64,000 nucleotides of DNA from an uncultured Verrucomicrobiae bacterium (GTDB lineage Bacteria; Verrucomicrobiota; Verrucomicrobiia; Chthoniobacterales; Chthoniobacteraceae): NCBI GenBank assembly GCA_963769025.1, contig CAVYKI010000003.1:448001-512000 (forward strand), written 5' to 3'. A model generated the notes under the pieces. That model searched no databases, was not told where the DNA came from, and saw nothing but the letters and a program-made list of their open reading frames with translations. Position numbers and translations under genes: made by a program. Positions 42,219-53,773 of the stretch are shown piece after piece (position 1 is the stretch's first letter; the number at the start of each line of letters is the position of its first letter).

Positions 42219-44911
42219 ATGAAACTGATCCAACTCCTCCCGCTCTTCGCAGCCCTGCTCCAAGGCATCGGCGCCGCTGAAATCACGAGCCACGAGCCGC
42301 AGCGTCCGCTGCCTGTCGCAAGCAGTCGCCCGCTCCCCAAAGGCGAGATCCATGTCATCGACAACGCGCGCGGCGACGACGCGAACGCAGGCACCGAGGC
42401 CGCTCCGTGGCGCACGCTCGATCACGCCATCGCACGGATGCCGTCAGGGGGGACGCTCTGCCTGCGGGGTGGAGTGTACTACTCGCACAGTGTCATCCGC
42501 ACGAGCGCCAGCCGGGAGAAGCCGCTGATCATCCGCTCATGGCCCGGCGAACTCGCTGTGCTCGACGGCGGTGAAGCGGAGTTTGCATCGAGCCCGGAAA
42601 GCGCGTGGGAACCCCATGCCGACGGGGTGCCGGGTGAGTTTCGCTCGACGAAAGCCTATCCGCTCGCGCGCACGGAAGGCGAGCAGGATGGCGATGGCGA
42701 CGTGCTCGCGATGGGACGCTTCATTGACTCGATGATCCCGCTCCACGGGGCGAGGTTTCACGGCGATCTGCAATCGGACAATCCGTGGTGGAACATCAGT
42801 TCGAAGTCAGGCGGGCAGAGCTTCGTGTATTGCGGGCCCGCGGTGTGGCAGGATGGGAAGACGGGGCGCATCCACTGCCGGCTCGCGCACACGAAACTGC
42901 CCGGGCTCGGCGCGGACAACTACACAGGAATCACCGACGCGCGGAAGACGCCGCTGTGCATCGCCACGGTCGCCGCGGGGCCGGCGCTCACGCTCGCAAG
43001 GGGCGCGGCACATCGTGCTCCAGGATCTCGTGGTGCGCGGCAGCGCCACGGCCACCTTGCTCATCGAGGAATGCGCAGACATCACGCTCGACGGCGTGAC
43101 CATCTACGGCGGCGGAAAGGCGATGCAGGTCCGCGACACCGCCGGACTGCGCATGATCCACAGCGCGTGCCGCGGGCTTTCCGCGCCGTGGATGTATCGC
43201 GGCGCGCTGAAATATCGCAGCGTCGAGGCGCGGCTGCTTTCCGCGACATCCTGGATGCCGACGGGCGTGGACAATCGCGACTTCGAGATCGCGTACTGCG
43301 AGTTCACCGACTGCGAGGATGGCGTCTTCATCGGCAGCGTGCGCGGCGTGCGTTTCCATCACAGCCTCGTCGAAAATATGACGGACGACGGCGTTTTTGT
43401 CACGGCCACGAGCGGCTACGACGGCCACGTCGCGGGCGGCGATGTGCGCCTTTGGCAAAACCGCTTCTCGCGCTGCCTGACGACGCTTGCGTTTGGCGTC
43501 GGGCATGGGCGGCAGATCGCTCTGCCGGATCGCGTGCAGACCGGCGATGGAGTGTGGATCACGCGCAACGTTTTCGATTTCCGCCGCCCGGTCCACTACC
43601 ACTGGCCCAAGGATGCCGACGACAAACAGGAGCCGTATTATCGGGGACGCTTCGGCGGCGACCACGGCAGCCCGGCGTGGGAGCCGATGTGGATTTATCA
43701 CAACACGATCGTCGGCGGGCATGTGGAGCGCGCGGATTTCGGCAATCCCGGCCTCGGCGCGCGGCATGGGCAAAGGCACGACCCGCCATGTGCTGAACAA
43801 CATCCTCTGCACCGATGTCGGCGAGCCCGGAACCACGGTGCCGAAGGACAACGCGCGCTTCCACACAGGAGGAAACGTGCTGTGGTCATTCGATCCGGGC
43901 AATGCCGACGCGGCGGCATGGAAGGCAAAGCTCCAGCGCTCATCGCCGGACGCCGCGAAGACGAACCAGATCACGGACCCAGGCTTTCAGAGCTATTCGA
44001 CGGAATGGCGGAAGGACGTGGATCTGCGGGCGAGCGGTCCCGCGGTGGATGCAGGCGTCGCCATTCCAGCCGATTGGTTCGATCCCATCCGCTCGAAAGA
44101 AATCGGCGCTGTCCCCAAGGGCTCGCAGCCGTGGCGCATTGGCATTCACGGGCGGCTCGATGCCTTCGGACGCAAGGCCGAAAACGCGCCGCCGCCCGCT
44201 GCCTTTGCGTGGGCTTTCCCCGACGACCATCCGGCGCACGGCCCGCGGGCGGATGCACCTCGCGCGACGAGCATCCGCGGCTATCCCGCGTTCGACGCGC
44301 CGATCGTCGAATACCTTCTCCGCCGCCGGGGCGCGATCGTGGAAGTCCACGACCGCGAGCACGTCGCGCTCACTGCGGCCAACCTCGCGAAACAGAAACT
44401 CCTGATCTACGACGGCAGTCTCACGCGGGCGAAAATTCAGCCGGACACGCTTTCGGAATCCGACATCGCCGCGCTGGAGCCGTGGCTGCAAGCGGGCGGC
44501 ACGCTCCTCCTGTGCAGCCAGCGGGCGGACATTTTCAAAAGCGAACCCGGTCGCGCATTCCTCGAACGCCATCTCGGAACGCCGCCAAGATCGAAACCCG
44601 CGAGCCCCACGATCGCGCAGCCCAAGCATCCCTGGCTCGCGCATCTCAACTCGCCCACGCCATCGTGGCTCGCACCAAAGTCATCCCCGCTCGCGGCCAC
44701 GACCGGCGAAGCCATCATCTCGAACGGGCCGAACTTTTCCCAACTGTGGCAGACGAAGGCGGGACGCGGACGCATCATCTACATCGGCTGGAGCGTGGGC
44801 GGACAACTCACCGACAACCGCCGGGGCTCCGCCGTCGAAACCGACGCCGCGATGATCGAGCAGGTCCGGATCATTGGTGCCGTGCTCGATGATGTTCTGA
44901 AGCACAAGTAG
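42219..44911 (+). CDS. Secreted right-handed beta-helix protein with C-terminal alpha/beta domain (indels ~43000, ~43760)
   Basis: GDDANAGTEAAPWRTL..LRGGVY; beta-helix-like repeats (DDGVFV, IYHNTI, LNNIL); WLQAGGTLL, GRGRIIY. Confidence 0.65.
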
Positions 44912-45012
44912 TCCGGCGTTTTTACGCAGGCCGTCCATCACTCACCCAGACCGGCTAAGACTGACCGTGCCTCCGGGTCATTCCCTTGCTTCAAAATCCA
45001 ACCACATCCCCC

Positions 45013-46341
45013 ATGTTCACACGCCGAACTTTCATCCGCCGCACCACCGCCGCCGCAGCAGTGCTTTCATTTCCCGCCGTCGTCCGCTCGGCGAATCCGA
45101 ACTCGAATTTGCAGATCGTGTCCGTCGGCTCCGCCGGCAAGGGGCTGAGCGACATCGCCGAGAACGCTTCGCATCCGAAGGCGAAGTTCGTCGCGTTCTG
45201 CGACGTGGACACGGCTCGATTTGGAGAGGTGGACAAGAGATTCCCCGGCACGCCGCACTATCAGGACTGGCGCGAGATGTTCGCGAAGCTGAGCGGTACG
45301 TTCGACGCGGTGACAGTCTCGACGCCCGACCACTGGCACGCGCCGGTGGCGCTCGCGGCGATGAAGCTACGCAAGCATGTGTATTGCCAGAAGCCGCTCT
45401 CGCACACGGTCTGGGAGGCGCGGCAGATGCGGCGGCAGGCGGAAATTTCCAAGGTGATCACGCAGATGGGAAACCAGATCCACAGCCACGAGGCGTACCG
45501 CACTGCGGTGAAGCTGATCCGCGACGGCGTGATCGGGAAAATCAAGGCGGTGCATTCCTGGCAGCCGAATCCGGGCAACAAATACTCCGGGCTGTCGAAG
45601 CGGCCCGCGCCGTCCGGTGCCGTGGTGCCGGCATCGCTGAACTGGGATCTCTGGATCGGCCCCGCGCCGATGCGGCCGTACGAGCCGGACCTGTATCATC
45701 CCTTCAAGTGGCGCGACTGGATTGATTTCGGCAGCGGCACGATGGGCGACTTCGGATGCCACATCATGGACCCCGTTTTCACGGCGCTGGAACTAACCGC
45801 GCCCATCAGCCTGCGCGCAGAGAACACTGGTGTGAACGAGGAGACGTGGCCCGCGGCGGAGACGATCAGCTACGTTTTCCCCGGCACAAAATGGACGGCG
45901 GACAAGACGCTGCCGCTCACGTGGTATGACGGCGGACGGATGCCCGACCGCGCGCTCATGCAGGTTCCAGACGACGCGAAGGTCGCGGGCGCGGGCTCGC
46001 TGTTCATCGGTGAAGGCGGCACGATGATCCTGCCTCACGTCGCGCTGCCGAAGCTCTACCCGGTCGAGAAATTCGAGAAGTTCGAGATCGAGAAGGTTCC
46101 AAGCACGAGCCACTATCACGCGTGGGTGGAGGGCGCGATCGCGACGACCAGGACAACGGACAGCTTCCATTACGCCGGTCAGCTCACGGAGACCGTGCAA
46201 CTAGGGAACGTCGCCACGCGGGTGCCGGGCGAGACACTGATGTGGGATGCGGAGAATCTGCGCATCACAAACTCCGAGGCTGCGACGAAGCTGCTCACGA
46301 AGGCCTACCGCGACGGCTGGAAGCTCGAAGCGGCGAGCTGA
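45013..46341 (+). CDS. Tat-exported Gfo/Idh/MocA oxidoreductase
   Basis: TRRTFI; STPDHWH, YCQKPL, QMGNQ, WDLWIGPAP, GDFGCH. Confidence 0.92.
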   Translation: MFTRRTFIRRTTAAAAVLSFPAVVRSANPNSNLQIVSVGSAGKGLSDIAENASHPKAKFVAFCDVDTARFGEVDKRFPGTPHYQDWREMFAKLSGTFDAVTVSTPDHWHAPVALAAMKLRKHVYCQKPLSHTVWEARQMRRQAEISKVITQMGNQIHSHEAYRTAVKLIRDGVIGKIKAVHSWQPNPGNKYSGLSKRPAPSGAVVPASLNWDLWIGPAPMRPYEPDLYHPFKWRDWIDFGSGTMGDFGCHIMDPVFTALELTAPISLRAENTGVNEETWPAAETISYVFPGTKWTADKTLPLTWYDGGRMPDRALMQVPDDAKVAGAGSLFIGEGGTMILPHVALPKLYPVEKFEKFEIEKVPSTSHYHAWVEGAIATTRTTDSFHYAGQLTETVQLGNVATRVPGETLMWDAENLRITNSEAATKLLTKAYRDGWKLEAAS

Positions 46342-46350
46342 CAGCGTTGA

Positions 46351-46490
46351 ATCCGCAGATTGCGCAGATTTTCTCATATGGAAGATCCGCTCGGCTCTAA
46401 CCGCAGCCAGCGTCGCCATCGTACGCACCGGATCAAGACGCGCCATCCCGTTTTCCTCCGACTCTGCGCGAATCTGCGAAATCTTCGGGT
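46351..46490. repeat. ~140-bp palindromic dispersed element with 9-mer GCAGATT arms, copy 1
   Basis: atccgcagattgcgcagatt ... ctgcgcgaatctgcgaaatcttcgggt; interior homologous to 58387-58521. Confidence 0.8.
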
Positions 46491-46548
46491 GACTTTCCTT
46501 CCGAGACACCTGCTCGACACGCGGTGACGTCCGCCGCTTGAATCGCCC

Positions 46549-48939
46549 ATGGCGAAAAAGCGCCCCAACGCGCAAACCCCAGATCCGATTCCTCCTGCGA
46601 CTCCACGGCGTTCGCCCGCGGGGGTGTTCGCATTTCTGGCCGTGGCTGTGCTCCTCGGCTCGGCGCTGGCGTGGTGGAAATTTTCGGGGCGTGGCGAGAC
46701 GCCCGCCGCAATTTCGGCGCACGCGGTGACGAACGCTTCACCCGTGCCCCCGTCAAAACCGACGCCCGCCCTGCCGCCGCTGCTCGAACCGGAGGCACAG
46801 GTCTTCGCGCGCTACGCGGGATCGCAGAGCTGCCGCGAATGTCATGCGGGGCAGTTCGAGTCCTGGGCAAAGTCGAATCACGGGATGGCCGAACGCAACG
46901 TGGATGCGGCGCTCGACACGGCGGCCTTCTCGCCGGAACGGACATTTCACCACGGCACACAGCAGTCCGTGGCGACGCAAGTGGACGGCAAACCCGCGGT
47001 GAAGACGCTGGGCTTTGGCGGAAAGACGGAGACGTATCCCGTTGCCCGCGTCATCGGGCACGATCCGCTGCGGCAGTATCTCGTCGAGGGGGAACGCGGA
47101 CGGTTTCACACGCTCGAAGTCGCGTATGATCCGAAGCGCAACGACTGGTTCGACGTGTACGGCGACGAGGATCGCAAGCCTGGCGAGTGGGGACACTGGA
47201 CGGGGCGCGGGATGGGCTGGAATGCAATGTGCGCGAGCTGCCACAACACGCGCCTTCGGAAAAACTACGACGAGGCGACGGACACCTATCGCACGACGAT
47301 GGCGGAGATGACCGTGGGCTGCGAGTCGTGCCACGGGCCGATGAAGGCGCACGTGGAATGGCGGAAGCAGTATCCGGCGAGCAAGGAGCCGGACCCGACG
47401 GTGAAAAAATTCACGCGCGATCAGACTTTCGACACGTGCGGCTCGTGTCACGCGCGGCGGCGCGAACTCACGGGCGACTTCGTGCCGGGCGATTCGTTCG
47501 GCCAGCATTTCCAGCTCACGACCGTGGACGAGAGCGACCTCTACTATCCCGACGGCCAGGTGCGCGACGAGCTCTACGAGTACGGCTCGTTTCACGGCAG
47601 CAAGATGCACACGGCGGGTGTGCGCTGCTCGGATTGCCACGACCCCCATGCCGCGAAGCCGCGCCTCATGGGCAATGCGCTGTGCGTGCGTTGCCACACC
47701 GGCGCGCCGGGGCAGATTCCCGGCAGCGCCGTGATCGCACCGGTGATCGATCCCGTCGCGCACAGCTTTCACAAGGCCGACAGCGCGGGCGCGCAATGCG
47801 TGGCCTGCCACATGCCGGTGACGACCTACATGCAGCGCCATCCGCGGCACGACCACAGCTTCTCCATTCCCGATCCGCTGCTCACCAAGCAGCACGGCGT
47901 GCCGAACGCGTGCAACAAATGCCACACGGACAAGGATGCCGACTGGTCGCTCACCGCGACGGAGAAGTGGTGGGGCGACAAGATGAAGCGCCCGTCGCGG
48001 GAACGCGCACAGGCCGTGGCCGCGGCGCGCGCAGGGACGCTCACTTCACCCGCGCCGCTGCTCACGCTGCTGCGGGCTGAGCCGAATGGATACTGGAAGG
48101 CTTCGCTGATCCGGCTGCTCGGCGCGTGGAGCGCGGATCCGGAGGTGTCGCGGGCATTCCTCGAATATGCGCAGCACCCCGACCCGCTCGTGCGCACGGC
48201 GGCGGTGCAGGGGCTGGAATCCGTCGGCGGCCAACTCCGTGCCGCCGCGCAGCAGATTCTCGCGCGTCGCATCGAAGACGCGGAGCGGACAGTCCGGGTT
48301 GCCGCTGCGTCCGCGATGCGTGCCGTGCCGGACTTGGCGTCGCGTGCTTACCGCGAACTGATGCACGCGCTCGACCTCTCGGCGGATCAGCCGACGGGCC
48401 AGCTTCAGAAAGGCGCGTGGGCGCATTCGCAAGGCGATGGAGCGGGAGCGCTCAGGCATTTTGAAAAAGCCGTTTCCTGGGATCCGAATTCCGGCGGCAT
48501 CCGGCACGAATACGCGGTGCTGCTCAGCTCACTCGGGCGCACGCAGGATGCGCTGAAGCAGATGGAGGAAGCCGTGCGGCTGGAACCGAAGCAGGCGGAG
48601 TTCCGCTTCAAACTCGCGCTCGCGTGGAACGAGGCGGGCAACATGCAGAACGCGGTGCGGGAATTTGAGGAGACGGTGCGGATCGACAAGCGGCACGCGC
48701 GCGCATGGTACAATCTCGGCCTCGCGCGCAATGCGCTCGGCAAACCCGCCGAGGCCATCGCCGCGCTCCGCGAAGCCGAGGCGGCGGAGCCGCGCGATGC
48801 GCGAATCCCGTATGCCCGCGCGACGATCCATGCGCGGCTCGGACAGCGAGCCGAAGCCCGCCAAGCCGCGCAGGCTGCGCTCGCGATTCAGCCGGATTAC
48901 CAGGAAGCGCGGCAATTGCTGCAGGCGCTCGGGCAGTAG
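46549..48939 (+). CDS. Membrane-anchored octaheme cytochrome c with HEAT and TPR repeats
   Basis: N-terminal TM; 8 CXXCH (CRECH, CASCH, CESCH, CGSCH, CSDCH, CVRCH, CVACH, CNKCH); [17 protein letters not shown]. Confidence 0.88.
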   Translation: MAKKRPNAQTPDPIPPATPRRSPAGVFAFLAVAVLLGSALAWWKFSGRGETPAAISAHAVTNASPVPPSKPTPALPPLLEPEAQVFARYAGSQSCRECHAGQFESWAKSNHGMAERNVDAALDTAAFSPERTFHHGTQQSVATQVDGKPAVKTLGFGGKTETYPVARVIGHDPLRQYLVEGERGRFHTLEVAYDPKRNDWFDVYGDEDRKPGEWGHWTGRGMGWNAMCASCHNTRLRKNYDEATDTYRTTMAEMTVGCESCHGPMKAHVEWRKQYPASKEPDPTVKKFTRDQTFDTCGSCHARRRELTGDFVPGDSFGQHFQLTTVDESDLYYPDGQVRDELYEYGSFHGSKMHTAGVRCSDCHDPHAAKPRLMGNALCVRCHTGAPGQIPGSAVIAPVIDPVAHSFHKADSAGAQCVACHMPVTTYMQRHPRHDHSFSIPDPLLTKQHGVPNACNKCHTDKDADWSLTATEKWWGDKMKRPSRERAQAVAAARAGTLTSPAPLLTLLRAEPNGYWKASLIRLLGAWSADPEVSRAFLEYAQHPDPLVRTAAVQGLESVGGQLRAAAQQILARRIEDAERTVRVAAASAMRAVPDLASRAYRELMHALDLSADQPTGQLQKGAWAHSQGDGAGALRHFEKAVSWDPNSGGIRHEYAVLLSSLGRTQDALKQMEEAVRLEPKQAEFRFKLALAWNEAGNMQNAVREFEETVRIDKRHARAWYNLGLARNALGKPAEAIAALREAEAAEPRDARIPYARATIHARLGQRAEARQAAQAALAIQPDYQEARQLLQALGQ

Positions 48940-49020
48940 CCGCTGACGGAAGGAAGCAGGCTGATCCTGATTTTTTGGCCACGTGCAAAAGATTGCCCGC
49001 CTCCTTCCGTCGGCGGCTAC
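48936..49020. repeat. GTAG-type REP doublet between convergent genes
   Basis: gtagccgctgacggaaggaagcagg ... cccgcctccttccgtcggcggctac. Confidence 0.85.
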
Positions 49021-49031
49021 GAATGGCGCGG

Positions 49032-49910
49032 CTACAGCGGGTGGCCCGTGAGCCGCTCGTAGGCGTCGAGGTATTTCGCGGCGGTCTCCCGGACGACTTC
49101 GTCGGGAAGTTGCGGGGCGGGCGGGGTCTTGTCCCAGTCGAGCGTTTCGAGGTAGTCGCGGACGAATTGCTTGTCGAAGCTCGGCGGCGAAATGCCGACG
49201 CGGTAGTCGGCGGCGGGCCAGTAGCGCGAGCTGTCGGGGGTCATCACTTCGTCGATCAAAATCACGCGGCCGTCGAGCACGCCAAACTCGAACTTGGTAT
49301 CCGCCAAAATGATCCCGCGTTCCGCGGCGTGCGCGCGGCCTTCCTCGTAGATGCGGATTGCGAGGTCGCGCGCCTGTGTCGCGACGCCCTCGCCGCAGAG
49401 GCGCACGCATTCGTCCCACGCGATGTTTTCGTCGTGGCCGGTCGCGGCCTTGGTCGCGGGGGTGAAGATCGTCTGCGGCAGCTTTTCCGCCTGCTGCAGG
49501 CCGGCGGGCAGCGCGATGCCGCACACGGCGCCGGTGCGCTGGTAGTCCTTCCAGCCGGAGCCGATGAGGTAGCCGCGCACGACGCATTCGACGGGCAGCG
49601 GCTTCGCCTTGCGCACGATCATCGAGCGGCCGCGGAGCTGCTGGTCGAACGGCTTCAGCGCGTCGGGGAAAATGTCGAAATCCACGGCGACGAGGTGATT
49701 CTCGACGAACTTCATTTTCCCAAACCAGAACGCGGAGAGCTGCGTGAGCACCTCGCCTTTGCGCGGGATGGCGTTGGGCAGGATGCAGTCGAAGGCCGAG
49801 ATGCGATCCGTCGCGACGAAGAGCAGGTGTTCGCCGAGGTCGAAGATCTCGCGCACTTTGCCGCTGGCGACTTTGCGGATGCCGGGAAGGTCGAGGGTGA
49901 GGATGTCCAT
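49032..49910 (-). CDS. purC: SAICAR synthase
   Basis: [60 protein letters not shown]. Confidence 0.96.
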   Translation of the reverse strand: MDILTLDLPGIRKVASGKVREIFDLGEHLLFVATDRISAFDCILPNAIPRKGEVLTQLSAFWFGKMKFVENHLVAVDFDIFPDALKPFDQQLRGRSMIVRKAKPLPVECVVRGYLIGSGWKDYQRTGAVCGIALPAGLQQAEKLPQTIFTPATKAATGHDENIAWDECVRLCGEGVATQARDLAIRIYEEGRAHAAERGIILADTKFEFGVLDGRVILIDEVMTPDSSRYWPAADYRVGISPPSFDKQFVRDYLETLDWDKTPPAPQLPDEVVRETAAKYLDAYERLTGHPL

Positions 49911-50102
49911 GCGCCGTGCGGGATGGCGGATGCGCAGCGTGTTGTCGAGCAAGCGCGCAGCGGAGCACGCGCGCGCATTCCGATACGGTGCCTGCATCCG
50001 GAACGTCCCTGCGGCGGGATCAAAGCCGAGCTTCCTGCGTCCGACGGACCCGAGCACCGGCACTTGCGTAGTTCGCGGAGTGGGACAACATCTGGCGTGC
50101 GA

Positions 50103-52003
50103 ATGCCCTCCGTTTTTTCAGCATCAGTATGTGTGTCGGTGATTGCGATCGCGCACCTCTCCGCCGGGCCCTCGCTGGACGAGGGGCGGAAGCACTGGGC
50201 CTTTCAGCCGCTGCGCGCCGATGCTCCCCCTGCGGTGCGCGACGCAGCGTGGGTGCGGAACGATGTGGATCGCTTCATCCTGGCAAAGCTCGAAGCCGCC
50301 GGACTGCGTCCTTCGCCGGAGGCGGATCGCGCGACGCTCATCCGACGCGTGACGCTCGACCTTATCGGCTTGCCGCCGACGCCGGAGGCAGATCGCCGCA
50401 TTTGCCGCGGATGAATCGCCGCAGGCCTGGGAGCGAGTGATCGATCGCCTGCTGGCGAGCCCGCACTACGGCGAACGTTGGGGGCGGCACTGGCTCGACC
50501 TCGCGCGCTACGCGGACAGCAGCGGCTTTCACAACGACCTCGACCGGCCGCACGCGTGGAAGTATCGCGACTACGTCATCCGCAGCTTCAACGAGGACAA
50601 GCCCTACGCGCGATTCGTCGCCGAGCAGCTCGCGGGCGATGAGGTGGACGGCGCGGACGAACAGTCGCTCATCGCCACGGGCTTCTGCCGCAACGGTCCG
50701 AGCAACGACGACAACATGGGCAAGACGCCCGAGGCGCTGGCCCAGTATCGCGCCGATCAGCTCGACGACGTCATCTCCACGACAGGCTCCGTCTTTCTCG
50801 GGGTCACGATCGGCTGCGCACGCTGCCACAATCACAAGACCGATCCGATCACCGCGAAGGACTACTATTCCCTGCTGGCGGTCTTCAACGGCACGCAGAA
50901 ATACGGGCTGGTGCCAGGCACGGAGGATGCGAACGGCAAGAAGGTGAAAACGGACCCGTCGGTGCAGATTCAAGGACTCGTCGAGAACGGTCCGAAAGTG
51001 CCGGCGACACACGTGCTGCGGCGCGGGCTGGCGACAAAGCCCGGCGATGAAGTCGGTCCCGCCGTGCCCGCAGTGCTCGCGCAGGAGCCGCTGCGCTTCC
51101 CCGAGCCGCGAGCGGACGCGAAGACCTCGCTGCGGCGCCGGACGCTCGCGGAGTGGATCACCGCACCGGAAAACGCGCTCACGTGGCGCGTGCTCGCGAA
51201 TCGCATGTGGCAGCATCATTTCGGGAAGGGCATCGTCGCCACGCCGAGCAACTTTGGCTTCACTGGCGCGGTGCCCACGCATCCCGAATTGCTCGACTAT
51301 CTCGCGAGGCAGCTCATCGCGAATGGCGGACATTTGAAGCCGCTGCACAAGCTGCTGCTCATGTCGGCGACCTATCGGCAATCGGCGCAGCACCGCGCGG
51401 ATGCCGTCGCAAGCGATCCGTCGAACAGTCTGCTCTCCCGCATGAATCTTCGCCGAATGGAAGCCGAAGTGGTGCGCGACAGCATCCTCGCCGCGAGCGG
51501 GAAGCTGAACCCGAAGGCGGGCGGGCCGGGCATCAAGCCGCGCCTCCGCCCGGAACTGCTCCCCGCGAGCCAGCGCAACAAGTGGCCGGTGATCGACAAG
51601 GAAGACGCGCGGCACTGGCGGCGCAGCGTTTACATCTACACGAAGCGCCAGCTCCTCATGCCGATGATGGAGCTGTTTGACGCGCCGACGACGACGGACA
51701 GTTGCGCCGCGCGGCTCGCGAGCGTCGTGCCGACGCAGGCGCTCGTGCTGATGAACGACGAGTTTGTCGAGGAGCAGGCGGCGTTCCTCGCGGAGCGCGC
51801 GGCTCGCGAGGCGGGCGACGAACCGCGCCGCGCCATCGAGCGCATGTTCGTGCTCACGTTGGCGCGCGCGCCTGGCGCGGAGCGGGTGCAGGAGGCGCTG
51901 GCCTTCGTGCAATCGCGCGAGGCGGAATGCGGACCGGGCGGGCGCGCTGGCCGATCTCGCCCACGTGCTGTTGAACAGCAGCGAATTCATCTACATCGAA
52001 TGA
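50103..52003 (+). CDS. DUF1549/DUF1553 (PSD1/PSD2) protein (indels)
   Basis: [75 protein letters not shown]. Confidence 0.88.
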
Positions 52004-53449
52004 CCGCGCCCGTTTTCACCCGCAGACATTTTCTCCAGCGCGCCGGCGGCGGCTTTGGCGCACTCGCGCTCCAATCGCTGCTCTCGCGCGCAGGGCTGCT
52101 CGCATCCGAAAATCCGCAATCCGCGAATCCCCTCGCGCCGCGCAAGCCGCACTTCGCGCCGCAGGCGCAGCTCGGTGATCTTCCTCTTCATGTACGGCGG
52201 GCCGAGCCACGTCGATTTGTTCGACCCGAAGCCCGCGCTCGCGAAATGGAACGGCAAGCCGATTCCCGTCTGGAAACAGGAGGACGCCTTCATGGGCGCG
52301 AAGACGAAGAACGTGGCGATGGCCAGCCCCTACACGTTCGCGAAGCACGGGCAGGCGGGCATCGACATCGCGGAGACGTTTCCGAACCTCGCGCGCCACG
52401 CGGACAAGCTGTGCGTCATCCGCTCGATGCACGCGGAGAGCAACAACCACGGGCCGGCGCTCTTCCAGATGAACACCGGCTCCATCCTGCGCGGGCCGGC
52501 CGAGCATGGGCTCGTGGGTCACGTACGGCCTCGGCTCCGAGAGCGAAAACCTGCCCGCGTTCGTCGTGCTGCTCGATCACCAGGGCGCGCCGGTGAACGG
52601 CGCGCTGAACTGGTCGAACGGCTTCATGCCCGCCGTCGTATCAGGGCGTGCCGTTCCGCAGCAGCGGCGAGCCGATCGCGTATCTCACGCCGCCGAAAAG
52701 CGTGACCGCGCAGCGGCAGCGCGCGCGGCTCGATCTGCTGAAGCAGTGGAACACCGACTACGCCGCCGCGCATCCCGCCGAGAGCGAGTCTCGCCGCGCG
52801 CATCAACGCCTACGAACTCGCCTTCCGCATGCAGATGAGCGCGACGGAATGCACGGATCTCGGCCCGCGAGCCGGAATCGGTCCGCCAGAGCTCTACGGC
52901 CTCGACGACAAGGTCACCGCGCACTTCGGCCAGAACTGCCTGCTCGCGCGCCGGCTCGTCGAGCGCGGCGTGCGCTTCGTGCAGGTCTACAGCGGCGGCA
53001 ACGAAGGCCCGAAGGCCTGGGACGCGCACGACGACCTGAAGAAGAATCACGACCTGCACTGCGCCGAGACCGACCGGCCCGATCGCCGCGCTGCTCGACG
53101 ATCTGCAAGTCGCGCGGCCTGCTCGACACGACGCTCGTCGTCTGGGGCGGCGAGTTCGGCCGCTCGCCCGTCGCCGGAGAACGGCAAGGGCCGCGACCAT
53201 CATCCCGAAGGGCTTCACGATGTGGATGGCCGGCGGCGGCATCAAAGGCGGCATGATCCACGGCGCGACCGACGAGTTCGGCTACGACGCCATCGAGGAC
53301 AAGGTCTCCGTGCCCGACCTGCACGCCACGATGCCTGCACCTGCTCGGCCTCGATCACGAGGAGCTGACGTATCGCTATCACGGGCCGCGATTTCCGCCT
53401 CACGGACGTGAGCGGCGAGGTGCTGAAAAGCGTGCTCGCCGCGCGGTAG
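52000..53449 (+). CDS. DUF1501 family protein with Tat signal (many indels)
   Basis: [64 protein letters not shown]. Confidence 0.88.
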
Positions 53450-53470
53450 CGCGCGGCTCGCGCAGCGGAT

Positions 53471-53680
53471 TCAGAAGCGCGTCTTGATCTTGCACGCGCG
53501 CAGCACGCACCAGCCGCGCACGGTCTCGACGGTTCCGACGAGGCCGGCAATCGCGAGCATCAGCGCGAGCCAGCGGACGCCTGCGCGATACGCGAAGACG
53601 GCTGCGGCGAACAGGACCACGGCCATGACGCCGCGAAAGATGCGGCCGCGGCGGTCAATGTTGGGAGTCCAGAAGCCCAT
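53471..53680 (-). CDS. Small DUF2892/YgaP-like membrane protein
   Basis: NIDRRGRIFRG, two TM segments, GWCVLRA. Confidence 0.7.
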   Translation of the reverse strand: MGFWTPNIDRRGRIFRGVMAVVLFAAAVFAYRAGVRWLALMLAIAGLVGTVETVRGWCVLRACKIKTRF

Positions 53681-53746
53681 GGGTTTGGAATGACTGTGAT
53701 TCGGGTTGAGAGCAATGCGGCGGTGGAGGCGCCGAGACCGAAGAAA

Positions 53747-53773
53747 TGCCCGCCTCCTTCCATCGGCGGCTAC
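53747..53773 (-). repeat. Single GTAG-type REP
   Basis: tgcccgcctccttccatcggcggctac; 26/27 identical to 48994-49020. Confidence 0.8.

Noticed and set aside
46351..46490. CRISPR array, tRNA or riboswitch in the intergenic repeats
   Set aside because: Inverted short-period repeats with no repeat-spacer periodicity, cloverleaf or cas genes.
46549..48939. NrfA or HAO-type nitrogen enzyme
   Set aside because: No CXXCK motif, no nrfH partner, and a HEAT/TPR C-terminus instead.
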